Below are positions 1 through 8,727 of a stretch of DNA of 27,659 nucleotides, one piece after another (the first letter of the stretch is position 1; every line of letters starts with the position of its first letter). Position numbers and translations under genes: made by a program. The DNA is from a virus (Duplodnaviria; Caudoviricetes): positions 1 to 27,659 of IMG/VR virus record IMGVR_UViG_3300005573_001228; one strand, 5' to 3'. The notes below the pieces were generated by a model. The model had not been told where the DNA came from, made no database searches, and saw nothing but the letters and a program-made list of their open reading frames with translations.

Positions 1-235
1 GCTCTAAAGCGGTTGCCTGCTGGTGAGCCCACTTATACTCGAAGCCTAACTGCTGCGTTAAAGTCATCTCCAAAACTTCATGACTAATCAGCGGGGTCCA
101 CATCCACCCGGGAACTAAAATGTCGATGTAGATGCGTTCGCCGTTTTTGCTGTAGCCCGCTATACCATCACGCAAAAGAGTAGGCACTACTGTAACAAAC
201 TTGTTAGTTAACGGATTATAAAAAGATTGAAACAT
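1..235 (-). CDS. Hypothetical protein with HExxE..AH motif (possible zincin-like metal-binding protein); runs off the left edge
   Basis: Manual translation from ATG at 235: MFQSFYNPL...ISHEVLEMTLTQQLGFEYKWAHQQATALE, open to base 1; starts 3 nt after the upstream stop. Confidence 0.55.
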   Translation of the reverse strand, partial: MFQSFYNPLTNKFVTVVPTLLRDGIAGYSKNGERIYIDILVPGWMWTPLISHEVLEMTLTQQLGFEYKWAHQQATALE

Positions 236-238
236 TCT

Positions 239-976
239 TTATTCACCGTAACGGAACTTTATATATTGCCCGTCCGGCTTCTTACTCCAAGCCTTCAGGC
301 GTATCTGCTCCATATCATGCCATAAAACCGCCGTCCCATCCAAATACACTTTATAACCCAAATCACGGGCCCTAAGGCAATAACCGAAGTCTTCGCTTGC
401 TTCTAAATTGTAAAGGGGCCAGAAATTTAAACGGCGGTCCTGAATAATTTTGCGGCTTAAACAGAGGCACCCTGCACTCGTCATTAGGGGCTCCATCAAT
501 TCAGCGAAAGGAATGCGATAGTAACGGTAAAATTTCGGGTCATCCGTTGCCCATTTGCTTGCCAGAAAGGGCCCGTCTGGGAAAAGTCTTACGTAGCTGC
601 CGCCGATAATGTCTTTCTGCCAACCCGTCAAAATTGATATTAGGTTTGGGCTTATGGGCAAAACATCCGCATCCAAAAATATTGCGTAGTCAGGGTTGTA
701 GTGTCGGGCTGCCGTTAACAGTAGTTGGCGGATGTGGGCGATTGGTTCATAAACGCTTTCGCAAGCTTGAGCAGCGTCATCTCGGAACCATACTCGGATT
801 ATTTTGTGCGGTTTATGTTTGTAATGTTTTTTGATGAGCCATAAAGTGTTGTCGTTGCTGTTGTTTTCGGCGAAAAATGTCATGTCGGGTTGAGGTTTAA
901 GTTTGTCTAAGCAGCGGAACAGTTTAGGCAACACTTTTGCGCCATTATAAACTGGAATGAGTAGGCAAGTTTTCAT
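239..976 (-). CDS. Glycosyltransferase family 2 (GT-A fold)
   Basis: N-terminal LIPVYNG, ENNSNDNT, DxD motif FLDAD, and SEDFGYCLRARDLGYKVY motif. Confidence 0.88.
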   Translation of the reverse strand: MKTCLLIPVYNGAKVLPKLFRCLDKLKPQPDMTFFAENNSNDNTLWLIKKHYKHKPHKIIRVWFRDDAAQACESVYEPIAHIRQLLLTAARHYNPDYAIFLDADVLPISPNLISILTGWQKDIIGGSYVRLFPDGPFLASKWATDDPKFYRYYRIPFAELMEPLMTSAGCLCLSRKIIQDRRLNFWPLYNLEASEDFGYCLRARDLGYKVYLDGTAVLWHDMEQIRLKAWSKKPDGQYIKFRYGE

Positions 977-1046
977 TTAATATTCGCCTAAAATTTTGAT
1001 GCGGCGAAGTTTGCGCCGTTTCTTCTGGTTTTTAACCATGAAACAT

Positions 1047-2060
1047 TCACGGAAAATTTTTAAAAAATACATCGTTAAAGTATGCTTCAGCTTGCCTATT
1101 ATAAATTGTCAACGTGCACCTCGGACAATTTGCTGGCTTAACATTTTCTATTAACTTTTTATGTTCTCTGCCGCCCCAATAATCTTTCAATTTTAAATGT
1201 TCACACAGTCTATAGTTAACGTCTTGCCTGTGGTCCACGCATAAATATGCATATCCATCGGCACATAATACGGGCAACACTGCAGAAGCGTAACATTTGC
1301 TGAAGTTGTTATTTTTGCTGTAATCTTCCTGTTTTACCCTTTCAAAATTAGTGTAAACTTTAAAGTTTTTGCTGTCCAGTTTTTTACATTCTCTTATTTG
1401 CTGTTCCACTTTATCCACGTCAAAATCCAATTTCCAATTTAAAACCACAGGTCTAACGAAGAATGACGTGCAACCTAAACTGTAAGCTAATTCGCATGCT
1501 TCTAATATTTCATTTTGGTTTTCTGGCGTAAGTAACAGTTTATATGTTACATCAACGTGACAGTTCTTGTTTTTATGCGTTAATCGGCGTATGTTGTTCA
1601 GCACGGTTTTAAAGCATTGTTTGCTTAATCCTTTTGTTTTACTCCATGTTTCGGCTTTTGAAGCGTCAACGCTGAATCCTACAAATTTGCAATTTTGAAT
1701 TGTGCTGTCAATTAATTTATCAGTTAACGTCAACCCGTTAGTTGAAACTGCACATTCCAATCCATATGAATGGGTGTAATCTAAAATTTCTGGCAGTTTA
1801 GGATGTAAAGTGGGTTCGCCGCCTCCAGCATAACATACGCTTTTTACACCCATCCCCTTCAGCATATTCAAGACTTTTTTAACATGGTCAAAACTTAACA
1901 TGTTTGAGCTTCTGAATTTCTGTGCGTTGCACCAGTAACATTTTAGGTTACATTTATCTGTTAAATCAAACGCCACGCCTACTGGCGGCAAAAACTCAGA
2001 GTTCTCTTTTACACGCTTATAATTCTCGATATACAACATTCCCTTGATAGTTAACTCCAA
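1047..2060 (-). CDS. Radical SAM protein with C-terminal SPASM/twitch-like Cys cluster
   Basis: CNLKCYWC (CxxxCxxC), GGGEPTLHP, STNG, and C-terminal KCY...ADGYAYLC...CPRC. Confidence 0.9.
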   Translation of the reverse strand: MELTIKGMLYIENYKRVKENSEFLPPVGVAFDLTDKCNLKCYWCNAQKFRSSNMLSFDHVKKVLNMLKGMGVKSVCYAGGGEPTLHPKLPEILDYTHSYGLECAVSTNGLTLTDKLIDSTIQNCKFVGFSVDASKAETWSKTKGLSKQCFKTVLNNIRRLTHKNKNCHVDVTYKLLLTPENQNEILEACELAYSLGCTSFFVRPVVLNWKLDFDVDKVEQQIRECKKLDSKNFKVYTNFERVKQEDYSKNNNFSKCYASAVLPVLCADGYAYLCVDHRQDVNYRLCEHLKLKDYWGGREHKKLIENVKPANCPRCTLTIYNRQAEAYFNDVFFKNFP

Positions 2061-2821
2061 GATTTAATCTCCTTATCCCAAGGCTTATTTCTAATAAACA
2101 TAATGTTGACTAAATGCAAAATTTTGATTTTAAACCGCTTATCCCCTATAGTTGCAATACAACCGTCTATTGTATGTTGAAAATGCCCCATCCACGCCAC
2201 ATAATCCCATGAAATATCCATAAACTTGAAGTCTTGAGGCTTAACTGTGTAAACATATCTGTTTAATATTGCCTGGTCTATTCCCCAAGTTTGCACTCTA
2301 TCTATTTCTTTAACCATGTAATCCAGCAAATTCATAACAAGTTTCGCGGGTCCCGCATACATTCCACCGTTAATCATCACTTTATCCTTTAGCAGCTTCC
2401 ACCATTCGCTATCCAAATCTTCTTTGCTTAAATAGTTGAACCACCCATCCCATTCTCTGTTTATGCTTCTGCTTACTCCATTATCTTCTGGAACCACGCA
2501 GATTTTGTTTTCAGCCTGTTTCAAGAGAGGGTTAATGTCTTCGTAAATTCTAATGTCGTTGCCGTCTAAATGCATTAACACATCATAGTTTTCGCCTATT
2601 TCTTTTAATATTTTGTTGTAATGGTAATATCTGTCCATGCTCATGTATTTGTAGTGTTTAGAAACTTCTTTGATTATGGCGTTATGTTTTTTAAGCCAGT
2701 TCATGAAGCTTGGTCTGAAATAATCATATTTTAAAATTAAAATGTCTCCTGTGTATTTTCCTTCATTATATAGGCTTTCTAATGTTTTTCGCAGTAAACC
2801 ATCCACGCCAGTTGTAAACAT
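2051..2821 (-). CDS. Putative nucleotide-diphospho-sugar transferase (GT-A-like)
   Basis: MHLDGND (DxxD), INGGMYAG and DQAILN motifs; the start may be a CTG a few codons upstream. Confidence 0.7.
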   Translation of the reverse strand: MFTTGVDGLLRKTLESLYNEGKYTGDILILKYDYFRPSFMNWLKKHNAIIKEVSKHYKYMSMDRYYHYNKILKEIGENYDVLMHLDGNDIRIYEDINPLLKQAENKICVVPEDNGVSRSINREWDGWFNYLSKEDLDSEWWKLLKDKVMINGGMYAGPAKLVMNLLDYMVKEIDRVQTWGIDQAILNRYVYTVKPQDFKFMDISWDYVAWMGHFQHTIDGCIATIGDKRFKIKILHLVNIMFIRNKPWDKEIKSWS

Positions 2822-2848
2822 TAAAGTCTTCAGTTTGCATCACTGTTT

Positions 2849-3160
2849 TTAGGTTATTGAAACTGTTTTTCCACCCGTCACATATGCTGTGCAGCAGGCT
2901 CCCTGCGCTGGCAAACTTGTTATGCCCTTTTCGAAGCGGTAGTAGTGTCCGCAGGCTAAAATGACGTGGACAATGTCAACGCCCGACGGTTTCGAGCATG
3001 TAATGTTGTTTCCGCTAACATTGAAGGTTATGTTGCCTAATGTGCATCCGCTAACTTGCTTTGTGTATGTGCCGCTTTTGCCAAACCTATACATTACGGT
3101 TTTGGGGCTTACCGCTATACATTTTGTTATGCCAGATGGAAGAGTAACATTGTAACTCAA
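2849..3160 (-). CDS. Small Cys/Thr/Gly-rich beta protein, possible capsid accessory/decoration protein
   Basis: GAGGTGA RBS before TTG; directly downstream of MCP; function inferred from position only. Confidence 0.45.
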   Translation of the reverse strand: MSYNVTLPSGITKCIAVSPKTVMYRFGKSGTYTKQVSGCTLGNITFNVSGNNITCSKPSGVDIVHVILACGHYYRFEKGITSLPAQGACCTAYVTGGKTVSIT

Positions 3161-3234
3161 TTTTCTTCACCTCACAATTATTTTGACAAACTAAAAAAGG
3201 GGAAAAAGAAAATTGCCAAAAACCTAATGGCAAT

Positions 3235-4291
3235 TTAACCAGCGTGCTTAATTAAGCCAACCCAAGGTTCCATCGGAAGCGCAGACTTACCCGTCACATG
3301 TGTGACAATTCTGAAGCCCACTTGTGGAGCCCAACGTTGAATTTCGCTTATGATGTCTTCAGCTTGAGCCCAGCCCACAGCTTCGCCGCTTACTGTGACT
3401 GCGGCTAAAACCGCGGCGTTGGCTGCAGCGTTGCTTGGTTCGTAAACTTTGTCAACGTAAAGTTTCAAACCGAAAAGTTCGCTGATTTGTCCCGTTGCAA
3501 CGTAACTTGCCATGGCGGTTGTGAATTGGACGCTTGTAATGTTGCTCATAACAAACGGGTAAAAGCCCGTTGCAACTCCCGTGCTAACTTTTGCTTGATA
3601 GGGATATGTTACTAAAGTGTCAGCACGTCCACGCTGCTTCTCCACCAAACCTTTAACATACATGATATCGTTAAAACCGAAGTTTGTGCTGACGCCATCG
3701 TTAGCTGTGCCTACAGTTGTAACACATGTAGTGGCAGTGTTCATGCTTGAGTAAATGTCATTGTTCATGAAACGGTTCAAAGCATTCCCATGCGCAATAC
3801 CAATAGCTTCAGCCAAGTTAACTGCAGCTTGCCTCTGAGCCAAATCACTAATATCCGTCCTAACAGCGCCAACAGTCAACGTCGCCGTAACATCAGCCAA
3901 AGTAGCGTCATACGCCGTTAAATCAGTGCCCTCAGTCAAAGCACCCTCAAACGAACTATCAGGAACAGCAACCCGCTGGAAGTGATTTAGACTCGTTAAG
4001 TGGCATTACACTTACGATATGTCTTGCCACCTCCAGGCGGGACCATCTCGACTCTGCAAAACTTTCTGGCGTCAACCAGTGTAGCCAGTTGTTTCGCCCG
4101 AATCGTTTTTGACGAATTCGCATAGCGGCTCTGGCTGCCACCAGTTGAGCGAATGCTAATCCAGAGGAGCCTGATGTTATTTCTCTAACTGTCAATTTGC
4201 CATACTGCTCAGCGAGACTGTGGAAATCCAATCCGCCTGCCGAGGCGATTAGGGTTTGTCCTGCGCTTGACGGCCATGATGGTAAACTCAT
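3235..4291 (-). CDS. Major capsid protein (HK97-fold), spliced: exons 4291-4122, 4092-4019, 3986-3235; 331 aa
   Basis: AGGTGA RBS; follows the prohead protease. Removing two BHB introns gives 996 nt = 332 codons, reading ...ARAAIQLATLVDARKFCRVEMVPPGGGKTYHFQRVAVPDSSFEGALTEGTDL..., consistent with an HK97-type E-loop region; also has GQISELFGLKLY. Confidence 0.85.
3987..4018 (-). other. BHB micro-intron 2 of MCP (32 nt)
   Basis: Central helix AGAC/GTCT, bulges ATA and AAA, inner stem TCGT-AAGTG/CACTT-A-ACGA, outer TGGAGGTGG/TCACTTCCA; cutting after bulge nt 2 gives AAG ACA TAT CAC TTC (KTYHF). Confidence 0.88.
4093..4121 (-). other. BHB micro-intron 1 of MCP (29 nt)
   Basis: Central helix CGCT/GGCG, bulges ATG and AAA, inner stem CGAA-T-TCGT/ACGA-TTCG, distal outer AGCCAG/CTGGCT; splice gives GCT ATA CAA CTG (AIQL). 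Confidence 0.85.
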
Positions 4292-4455
4292 AATTATATC
4301 ACCTTTTTAAGTTTATTTACGATTTCATCGCCAATTTTTCTGGCGGCTTGACCGGTTACGGAAAATTTTAAGTTTAAACGTGTGAATCTCGAGGCTAAAA
4401 TGTTAGCCTTTTCATTGATGTGAAGCCGTAACAAGGAAGAAAGAAAAATGAGAGT

Positions 4456-5676
4456 TTATTGTCCGCGTGTGGCGTCTAAAATTTCTTTTGCTATTTTTAG
4501 GAAGGCTTTTCGTGCGTCTCCATCCATTTCTTTTAGGATTTCTTGTGCTCGTGTTACGACATCGCCTTGCGATTGCACTTGGAATGGTGCTATTTGTCCA
4601 GCTTGGACGGTTACGCTTTTTGTTGCGACAACTTTTGGTTCCTGTGCTTTTACCGGCTCCGGTGCCTGTGGTGGGGTTTCTGGAACTTTTGCTGGTTCTG
4701 GAACTGCAGCTATTCCGCCTGTTTGGTGTCCACCCATGGCTGGTGCGCCAGGCGTTACTTGTTGTGGTGTGAAGCGTTTGCTGTCTGGGCTTGTGGGAAT
4801 ATCTGCTTCTGCCACCTGCGGCGCAAGTTTCGGTTCTTTTTCAGCTATTTTCTGCGCCTGCTCAACTGGAATGTCCATTACAACTTCGCCTTCCGCTGCC
4901 TTTTTCTCTTCAACTTTAGCCTTTTCCAACTGTTTTTCAACCTCCATTTTCTTATACGATTCTCGAATAGCTTCAATTTGGGTTAATTGGGCTTCTGGAA
5001 TGCCTGGAAACGCCGTTAGGCTTAATTCTTCAGGCGTGAAGCTTCGAATGTCAATGCCTAAATTGGTGAATTCGCCTTCGCCTTGTCCGCCTATGCTTAC
5101 GCCCTTAATTAGGGGCGGCACTTTGTCTGTTCCAGCCACTTTTGCGAATAGGTCTTCATGCATTAAGCCTAAGCCTTCAACTTTTATGCCGTCTTCGTAT
5201 TTGCTGTCGGTTATTATGCCGATGACTTTGTCTGTGTTTTCATAGTCGTGGTCCATTATGAATGGTTTGCCCTTGTATAAGGGGGCTGCTTTCTGTAGGA
5301 CTTCGGGGCTGTAGATGCGTCCGTTTAGGCTTTTTCCTGATTTCGCAGCTAAAGCCGAGAATTTGAAGGGGACAAGTTTTTCTTGTATGCGGATTTTTTC
5401 GACGTGTTCGTTTGGTTTGGTTTCGCTTTCTTTGTGTTTTTCAAACCAGTCTTTTGCTTTGTCCATTGTCCAGCCTTTGCTTTTGTCGAATAGGAAGCTT
5501 TGCACTTCCATGCCGACTTTGCATTTGCCGTTTTCGTAGTTGCCTTTTGGGCAGCCTACGACTGCTTTTATGCCTTTTTCTTTGTCGATGTCTATTGTGC
5601 GGAAACTGTCTTTGTCGAAACTGTCTGGGCTACGGTGTCCGCTGCGGATGTAATCTTCTGTGGAATCCCAGGGCAT
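4456..5676 (-). CDS. Prohead protease/scaffold fusion
   Basis: SLNGRIYSPEVL, FIMDH, GVSIGG and ELSLTAFPG protease motifs; Pro/Glu/Ala-rich scaffold-like C-terminus; lies upstream of MCP. Confidence 0.82.
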   Translation of the reverse strand: MPWDSTEDYIRSGHRSPDSFDKDSFRTIDIDKEKGIKAVVGCPKGNYENGKCKVGMEVQSFLFDKSKGWTMDKAKDWFEKHKESETKPNEHVEKIRIQEKLVPFKFSALAAKSGKSLNGRIYSPEVLQKAAPLYKGKPFIMDHDYENTDKVIGIITDSKYEDGIKVEGLGLMHEDLFAKVAGTDKVPPLIKGVSIGGQGEGEFTNLGIDIRSFTPEELSLTAFPGIPEAQLTQIEAIRESYKKMEVEKQLEKAKVEEKKAAEGEVVMDIPVEQAQKIAEKEPKLAPQVAEADIPTSPDSKRFTPQQVTPGAPAMGGHQTGGIAAVPEPAKVPETPPQAPEPVKAQEPKVVATKSVTVQAGQIAPFQVQSQGDVVTRAQEILKEMDGDARKAFLKIAKEILDATRGQ

Positions 5677-5689
5677 GTTTTTTCACCTC

Positions 5690-6184
5690 CTACCTTTTTC
5701 TTTTTTTACGGATAACTTTCACGGTTTGGATGAGTTCGGGGTAAGTGAGCATTTTAATTTCGGTTGGAATAATGTTCATGGCGGGTTCCGCCATTTTAAA
5801 TGAGGTTGTCTTAATTGTGATTTGGCTTGGTTTAGCTAAAATCATACTTGTTGAAATTGTGGCTTTTGCTTCTTCAGCTATTATAATGGGTTGGGTTTTT
5901 ATTGTGGTTTGGCTTGGTTTAGCAAGTTGAATTTTCGCTGGAATCATAACGGCTTCTTTTTTGGCGAGTTGGATTTGTGTTTGGTAATAGGCTCTTTCAC
6001 GACGGAAAAGGGCGAATAGGCTGGGAGCCCATGTTTCGGCTTTTTCCCACCAGAATGGGAATCCTCCGCCGATGGGTGCTTCTGGCGTGGGTTGTCCTAT
6101 AATTGTGTCTATCAAATAGGTGCGGGTGATACCGTATTTTTTGAGTAGGGTGTCGAGGGTGTAGGTTTTTGTTTTGCGGAGCAC
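5690..6184 (-). CDS. Hypothetical head-region protein with internal repeats; start uncertain
   Basis: TKTYTxD-type repeats at the N-terminus; LAKPSQ repeat with 87-nt period (5821-5836 and 5908-5923). Confidence 0.55.
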   Translation of the reverse strand: MLRKTKTYTLDTLLKKYGITRTYLIDTIIGQPTPEAPIGGGFPFWWEKAETWAPSLFALFRRERAYYQTQIQLAKKEAVMIPAKIQLAKPSQTTIKTQPIIIAEEAKATISTSMILAKPSQITIKTTSFKMAEPAMNIIPTEIKMLTYPELIQTVKVIRKKRKR

Positions 6185-6213
6185 AAACGTGGAATCTATG
6201 GTGTAGGTTTTGG

Positions 6214-6474
6214 TTAAACCGCTTTCATCTTCACCTTAGCCTTCTCGCCATCCTTCAACATTTTGGGAACTCCGAAAACTTTAACGTATGGCAAATCACA
6301 TTCAACCTTCAAACGGTCAACCAAAGTTTTCTCTTCATTCCGAATCCACAAAGCAAACTCATGCTCTTCTCCTGGCAGAATGTATTCGCTGTTCAACGGG
6401 TTTGTTTCCACTGGAATTTTGCAGTCTTCATCCAAATAAAGTTTAACGTTTAACGGTTTCTCACTCTTCGACAA
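6214..6474 (-). CDS. Hypothetical small beta-rich (Ig-like?) protein
   Basis: Overlaps the portal stop; LPGE and DGEKAKV patterns suggest a beta-sandwich. Confidence 0.55.
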   Translation of the reverse strand: MSKSEKPLNVKLYLDEDCKIPVETNPLNSEYILPGEEHEFALWIRNEEKTLVDRLKVECDLPYVKVFGVPKMLKDGEKAKVKMKAV

Positions 6475-8138
6475 TTTCTATCTCCCCTTTAGTTTTTTTA
6501 ACTTTAAACTTGCTTGGTTTACGTTCAACATGCTTTTCCTCCGGCTTTTCAACCGGTTTAGGCGGCGCTAAAGGCGACGGAGCAGGCGAATACAAAGTGC
6601 CCTCACCAGCCTCCGCAGGCATATTAAGCCTGTCCCGCACATACTCCGCAGACACAACCTTCGCCTTAAACAAGTCAAGCATCGGAGCCACACTTGAACG
6701 CCAATCCTCCGCATGAATCGGATTAAAATGAAACTCCACCTCGCCACTTGTCAACCGAGGAACCAAAACCTCGTTAATCTTATCCTCCAAATCCTGCTGA
6801 TACTCTTTAATCTCATCCTCCAACACTTCAAACTTTAACTCGCCCCATTTTATTTCGCTGCCAGCCCGTATAATGTCAAAAAGGCTTCCAGGAATCCCTA
6901 AACCGCATAAAATGCGTTCCTTCCAAGCTTGAATATACTCTTGAATGCCCTGAAGGCTGCCCGCACCACTCTTATAAACTTCCTCAATATGCGTCAGCAT
7001 GTCCGTGAAAATGTCCTCGCCAGCCTGCCGATTCATAATTTGGCTCTTCCACTTTTGAAAGTCCGTGTCGCTTGGCAAATAATCCCTTTCACGCTCATCC
7101 TCACCTAAAATTCGCCCACCCAAACTAATATGCAACAATGGATCCGCACGTTTCTGAACAATGGCTGGCAAATATTGAAGCATAATCATGTAGCCTTTTA
7201 AAGCGTAAATTGTTTCACGATACATACTATAACCATAAATGCCGCCAGGCAACTTGTTAAACGCCACATGCAAAACCTGGTCAGGATGAAAGTCAATCTC
7301 CACATTACTGTTCAAAATCGCTGATGGCGTAGGGCCCAAGGGTCCAGCCCAGCGGCGCTGAATAAACTTAACCGTGTAAGGCTCAGCCTTTTCCACGTCA
7401 AACTTGTTCGGATCAATGAATAAGCGCATCGTGCGCGGGTCAATCTGTTTCAACCCGTAAAACTTGGTTGCAGGCTTCCAACTGATTAGGGGCCTTTCAG
7501 GCGGAAGCGTAGCCGCCAAAGCGCTGCCAACATCCGTGTATTTCCATTTTGCTTCGCTGTCGTCGACGATTTCCATGTAAGCGTTGCCCCAAATCAAAGC
7601 GTTCTTCGTCGCATACTTCAAAACCCGCTCAAGCTTACGCTGCTTCCAATTGCGCAGAAACTGGTCTCGGGCACGGTCGCTGCTTGCTTCCACTTCGAAG
7701 CCAGGCTTCCAAATAAGCCGATTCTTCAATTTCACGGCAAAAGCAACTTCAGGAATAAACAAGTAGGCATCTACGTAATCCCAGTCTACTTTCTTAGTCG
7801 TTAAGACTTAAGATATAAGCCCCAATCGTCGGGCCATATATTTCCCCTTCACTATAGTGAAAGGGTCCAAACTGGGGGGCTTCAACTTACATAAGGCGGG
7901 CTTATGTAATATATTGCCCCAGAACGGGTGTTGTTGCAGCTAAGGCTAAGTCTGCTTCTGTTACTCGGCCTTCTGCAATCCATCTTAGCGGTAGTCTTTC
8001 CATCATGAATCGTGTGTTGACTTCCGTTAGCGGAGCCATTTTGCTGCTGGCTACTAACACACCCATCCCCGACGGTTGGTTTGTGGGATTACGTTGCGCC
8101 TCTTTTATTCCCAGAAGTCTTTTTATTATATTGCTCAT
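6461..8138 (-). CDS. Portal protein, spliced: exons 8138-7911, 7880-7867, 7837-7815, 7785-6461; 529 aa
   Basis: Follows terL; ALIWGNAYMEIV, LKQIDPRTM, FHPDQVLH, YGYS and GLGIP portal motifs. Removing three BHB introns gives 1590 nt = 530 codons, reading ...LGQYAPQFGWPDDWGLYWDYVDAYLFIPEV... Confidence 0.88.
7786..7814 (-). other. BHB micro-intron 3 of portal (29 nt)
   Basis: Central helix GCTT/AAGT, bulges ATA and AGA, inner stem TCTT-A-AGTC/GACT-AAGA; weak outer helix; splice gives GGC TTA TAC TGG (GLYW). Confidence 0.85.
7838..7866 (-). other. BHB micro-intron 2 of portal (29 nt)
   Basis: Outer CCA/TGG, central GTTT/AAAT, bulges GGA and ATA, 9-bp inner stem CCCTTTCAC/GTGAAGGGG; splice gives TTT GGA TGG (FGW). 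Confidence 0.88.
7881..7910 (-). other. BHB micro-intron 1 of portal (30 nt, contains in-frame TAA)
   Basis: Outer GGGG/CCCC, central CAAT/GTTG, bulges ATA and AAG, perfect 9-bp inner stem TTACATAAG/CTTATGTAA; splice gives CAA TAT GCC CCC (QYAP). Confidence 0.92.
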
Positions 8139-8623
8139 TTTCCCTCCATTCCCTTCTTTATGCTACGGTTATGTCCGTAACTGTCACGTGGTAATATTTG
8201 GTTTAGAAATTTCATACGCGCACTTCGGGAAAGTTTCTGCGATTTCAATTTTGAAATATCCTTTTGTTCTTGTATTATTGAATCGATAACTTGCTGAGCC
8301 TTTTCCTTTTTTATTATTAAATACGGTTTGATTTGAGTTAGCAAGTTTAAAATTTTGTTTTTGCCAGAAATGTAAACTTCATATCTTGGTTTTGCACCGA
8401 AATGTCCTTTTCCAATTTTATTAGGGTCGTAAATGTAAATATGACCGCCAACAAGGTTTGCGAAGTGTTCAATAAACGATTTATCCGTGTTATAAACAAC
8501 AACGACTCTTGTTAAATGATTGCGTTTGTCTCTTTTGTCTGGATTAAAGATTATGGAGCCCTCAGCATCTATTGCGCATGCGAGCCATGCTTTTTCAACT
8601 TCGGTTAACTGTTTTTTATTCAT
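8135..8623 (-). CDS. Free-standing single-motif LAGLIDADG homing endonuclease
   Basis: WLACAIDAEGSI motif, VYNTD, and LLTQIKPYLIIKKEKA. Confidence 0.85.
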   Translation of the reverse strand: MNKKQLTEVEKAWLACAIDAEGSIIFNPDKRDKRNHLTRVVVVYNTDKSFIEHFANLVGGHIYIYDPNKIGKGHFGAKPRYEVYISGKNKILNLLTQIKPYLIIKKEKAQQVIDSIIQEQKDISKLKSQKLSRSARMKFLNQILPRDSYGHNRSIKKGMEGK

Positions 8624-8727
8624 TTTTTTCTTTCACTTTTCCTGTTGAAACGGCTGGTTTAACTTCTCGAATCCAATCGTCATATCGCATGTGGCGAAGC
8701 CAAAACCGCTTTTTCCTTTTCACTTTT

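Noticed and set aside
3959-4291. MCP (and likewise portal 7902-8138) as pseudogenes, assembly errors or group I intron hosts
   Set aside because: All five interruptions have BHB geometry and canonical cuts restore the frame; 29-32 nt is far too short for self-splicing introns
4448-5245. Long plus-strand ORFs (265 aa here; also 13279-13863, 23219-23740, 18897-19295)
   Set aside because: Antisense shadows of well-supported minus-strand genes, with no motifs or RBS
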